DNA of 61,864 bases, counting the filler. It is 13 parts of 13 records of this genome, joined end to end, with 100 filler letters (N's around TTAATTAATTAA, not from the genome) between each part and the next. Parts side by side here need not be neighbours in the genome. Positions count along the whole stretch, not along the records: positions 57,728 to 61,864 come from SRR15195285_3402; 12 more parts are not named here. One strand, 5' to 3'. Of this stretch, positions 59,720-61,864 are shown piece after piece (within the stretch, counting starts at the first letter, position 1; each line of letters opens with the position of its first letter). The notes under the pieces were generated by a model. That model saw only the letters and a program-made list of their open reading frames with translations. It was not told where the DNA came from and did no database searches. Position numbers and translations under genes: made by a program.

Positions 59720-61703
59720 TTACAACGCAACCGTCACATTGACATAGTTAAACTGAAAGGGTGCGCTGGACGAATTCCCACCACGATACTCAAAAACTAC
59801 AGCAAACGTCTCGCCAAGGATTTCGTTGTCGTCTCCTTCCAGCGCCATTAGAGTTGGATAGACGACCGACGAATGGTTATCGTGATATACAGACTGCCAG
59901 TCTCTGCATATCATTTAACGAAGCACATTCAATGCGTTAGTGATTTCGCTGTCCCAGGGTTCAAATCGATCTAGTCGTAGCAACGGCAATGCGAATACTC
60001 ACGACCACAGGAATCCATCCGCCGAAAATGCGATCAGCACTGACTTTCGCCACCTGTCTGTCTGCTGGATGCGACCGCCACTCATCACGACGATGCACCA
60101 CTGCTGTAGATGCGAGTTGTACGCGGCGTCGCCATGCATATACCCCTGACTCGGAAGATTGAGAGGCGTGAACTTTCCACCGCTCACGTTGCAGCCATCC
60201 CGGCAGCCATTAGCTGTGCCAGGCGCCAATGCTGGCTCAGTCCAAGCCCCTTGATAGTACCTGCTCCGATGCATAAGCTGTTCAGCAATACACTGGCAGT
60301 ATCAGTAGAAATTTCAAGGGGATCATTCGTCGGGGGAGGTACTTCTTCCACTCGACACTTTTGTGTTGTTTCGCTGCCGCCACCACATCTGCGATCTTGG
60401 CACGAACAGCCGCAACACCCTGGTCTGGATTGCCAGCCTGACCAACACCATCAGTAGCATTCTGAATTTCGTTGTTGGGCCCAAGCCCATTCGTGTCGCC
60501 GTACAGTATCTGGAAAAACCCATCCTTTTCGATGTAATTTGCCAGTCCCATGTTCGGAAACCACGCCGGCCGGCCGTACCGCGACCCATGTACAGTGTGC
60601 TCAAACGAGAGCGCAGGCTCGACAACGTAGCCCACCCACTGGAAGCTCTCGCCCCCATCGCCAGAATGCGCCAGACCGAACCGGAAGTAGCAGCCCACAT
60701 CACCAACAGTACCTTCACCATCAGGTTCACTGACGTGCCACCGGAATTCCATGTGGATGAACGCGAGAATACCGCCGTCGTCCCCAGCGTCGTAAACGTT
60801 CGCCACCCACATGCCGACAGTGCTAGCGTTGACCGCCGGGTTTGGTGCGTTATCGATGCATCCACCTAGCGCCAAGGATTGGATCGCACTGCCCTTGACC
60901 GCCCAGAGCTCGCGCTGTGAGCCCTGGCACAGCCCAAGCTGCACCGTCACATTGTCCTGCGGAGATACCTGAAGGCACTGGTCGAGCGTTCCGCCGGGCA
61001 CGCTTGGGATACCTGAGATGATGCTTCCGTTCTGTGCAAAGATCCAGGCCATGTTGTTGCAGCCTTCCCATGGCGGAGGCCCTGTCGGTAGCTTCTTGCA
61101 GCCGTAGTCGGTGTCGATGTCCGGGCCACCACAGCCGTTCACTTCCCAGCAGCTGAGGCTCGCCTCACTCTGGACGGTAGTCACCACAGAGGGATCGCCA
61201 GCGGAGGTATTCCAGCGCTGAGTCGCAGAGCTCGAGTCACATTTGTTGAGCATGATGCCGCCTGGAGCTGGGTCAAGGTGAACACATGGTTCCGAGAAGC
61301 CGTCAGGGCACGGGAAGTTCTCGACGGCGATGTTCGTCCCTACGAGATCTTGCACCACCATGTCGCCGCTCCCGCCGGAGGAAAATACCGACCACGGCGT
61401 ACCAGGATCGTCACCCGCTGGCCCACCTTCCATGAAAAACTGCCGCCCGTGGGCGTTCTTAATGCTGTACAGCCCAGCATCGGGCCAACTCACCTTCCAG
61501 TCGATCATCATCTCGTGGGACAGCAACGTGCCGGGCGGTGAGATCTGCAGGTGTGGGCTCGGGGCGGGTGGCGGCGGCGTTGACGGCGGGGGCGGCGGCA
61601 CGGTCGGGTTGAGCGGAGCGTCAGGGCCTGCCACCAAGCCGAGAACTCCCAGGAGCCCCAGCAGCACGCGGTGGAACCGGAGCCTGCGCAACGCTGCCGC
61701 CAT
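59720..61703 (-). CDS. Secreted protein with ricin-B lectin repeats inside a putative beta-propeller hydrolase-like domain, 3 exons (61703-60343, 60260-60003, 59903-59720)
   Basis: Signal peptide, Pro-rich linker, ricin-like C....QRW / QCLQV / LGLC...ELW, then LAFIHME, GLAHSGDGGESF, WKK|YYQGAWTEP, AFSADGFLWS|DW, YPTL. Both introns restore frame. Confidence 0.75.
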
Positions 61704-61864
61704 GGCTCTCGTGCGTGCTCTTCGTTCCGAGTCGCGATTCGACGCGACGCCGGCGTCGCGCGCGGCGCGCGACGACTCCGCGCGCCGTCCCCGCGCGGTC
61801 CCGCCCCAAAAAACCCCTTAGGACCTACGCCCTTGAAAGGTAGATATTTCGAATTGGCAGTCAA

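Noticed and set aside
1-61864. rRNA, tRNA, CRISPR arrays, transposases, viral hallmark genes
   Set aside because: None recognised by eye; a tRNAscan-SE or Infernal run would be needed to exclude small RNAs.

Overview
This window is not one locus. It is 13 short contigs (about 3.3-6.9 kb) joined by 12 artificial 100-nt spacers (N-run + TTAATTAATTAA + N-run). The DNA is eukaryotic: I traced 22 short GT-AG introns (43-138 nt) whose removal restores reading frames and conserved motifs. About 21 protein-coding genes are visible: TPT-family transporter, DUF4855 + beta-helix fusion, Rab8/RabE, EngB GTPase, GMC oxidoreductase, MFS transporter, N-acyl-D-amino-acid deacylase ending in SKL, METTL21-type methyltransferase, Strawberry notch, giant Cys-rich CUB/EGF/LamG protein, Kelch/ankyrin/SUMO-like protein, GH141-like beta-helix, DusA, multi-TM TKL kinase, two-repeat EF-hand/CNBD K+ channel, GHL-type hydrolase, 5'-nucleotidase-like phosphoesterase, CFAP73/CCDC42, chromomethylase, GH105, and a ricin-lectin protein. 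The content suggests a flagellated, CAZyme-rich protist with a compact genome. Picozoa or a basal green alga are my guesses, not established, and the contigs need not come from one organism. Highlights: (1) a plant-type chromomethylase with up to three extra N-terminal chromodomains and a ~380-aa insert in the catalytic domain; (2) a 12-TM tandem CNBD K+ channel with EF-hands before each repeat and His in place of the cyclic-nucleotide-binding Arg; (3) a palindromic repeat family sitting upstream of genes at three contig ends; (4) bacterial-type enzymes that have gained introns and targeting signals. All family calls come from motif recognition by eye, not from database searches.
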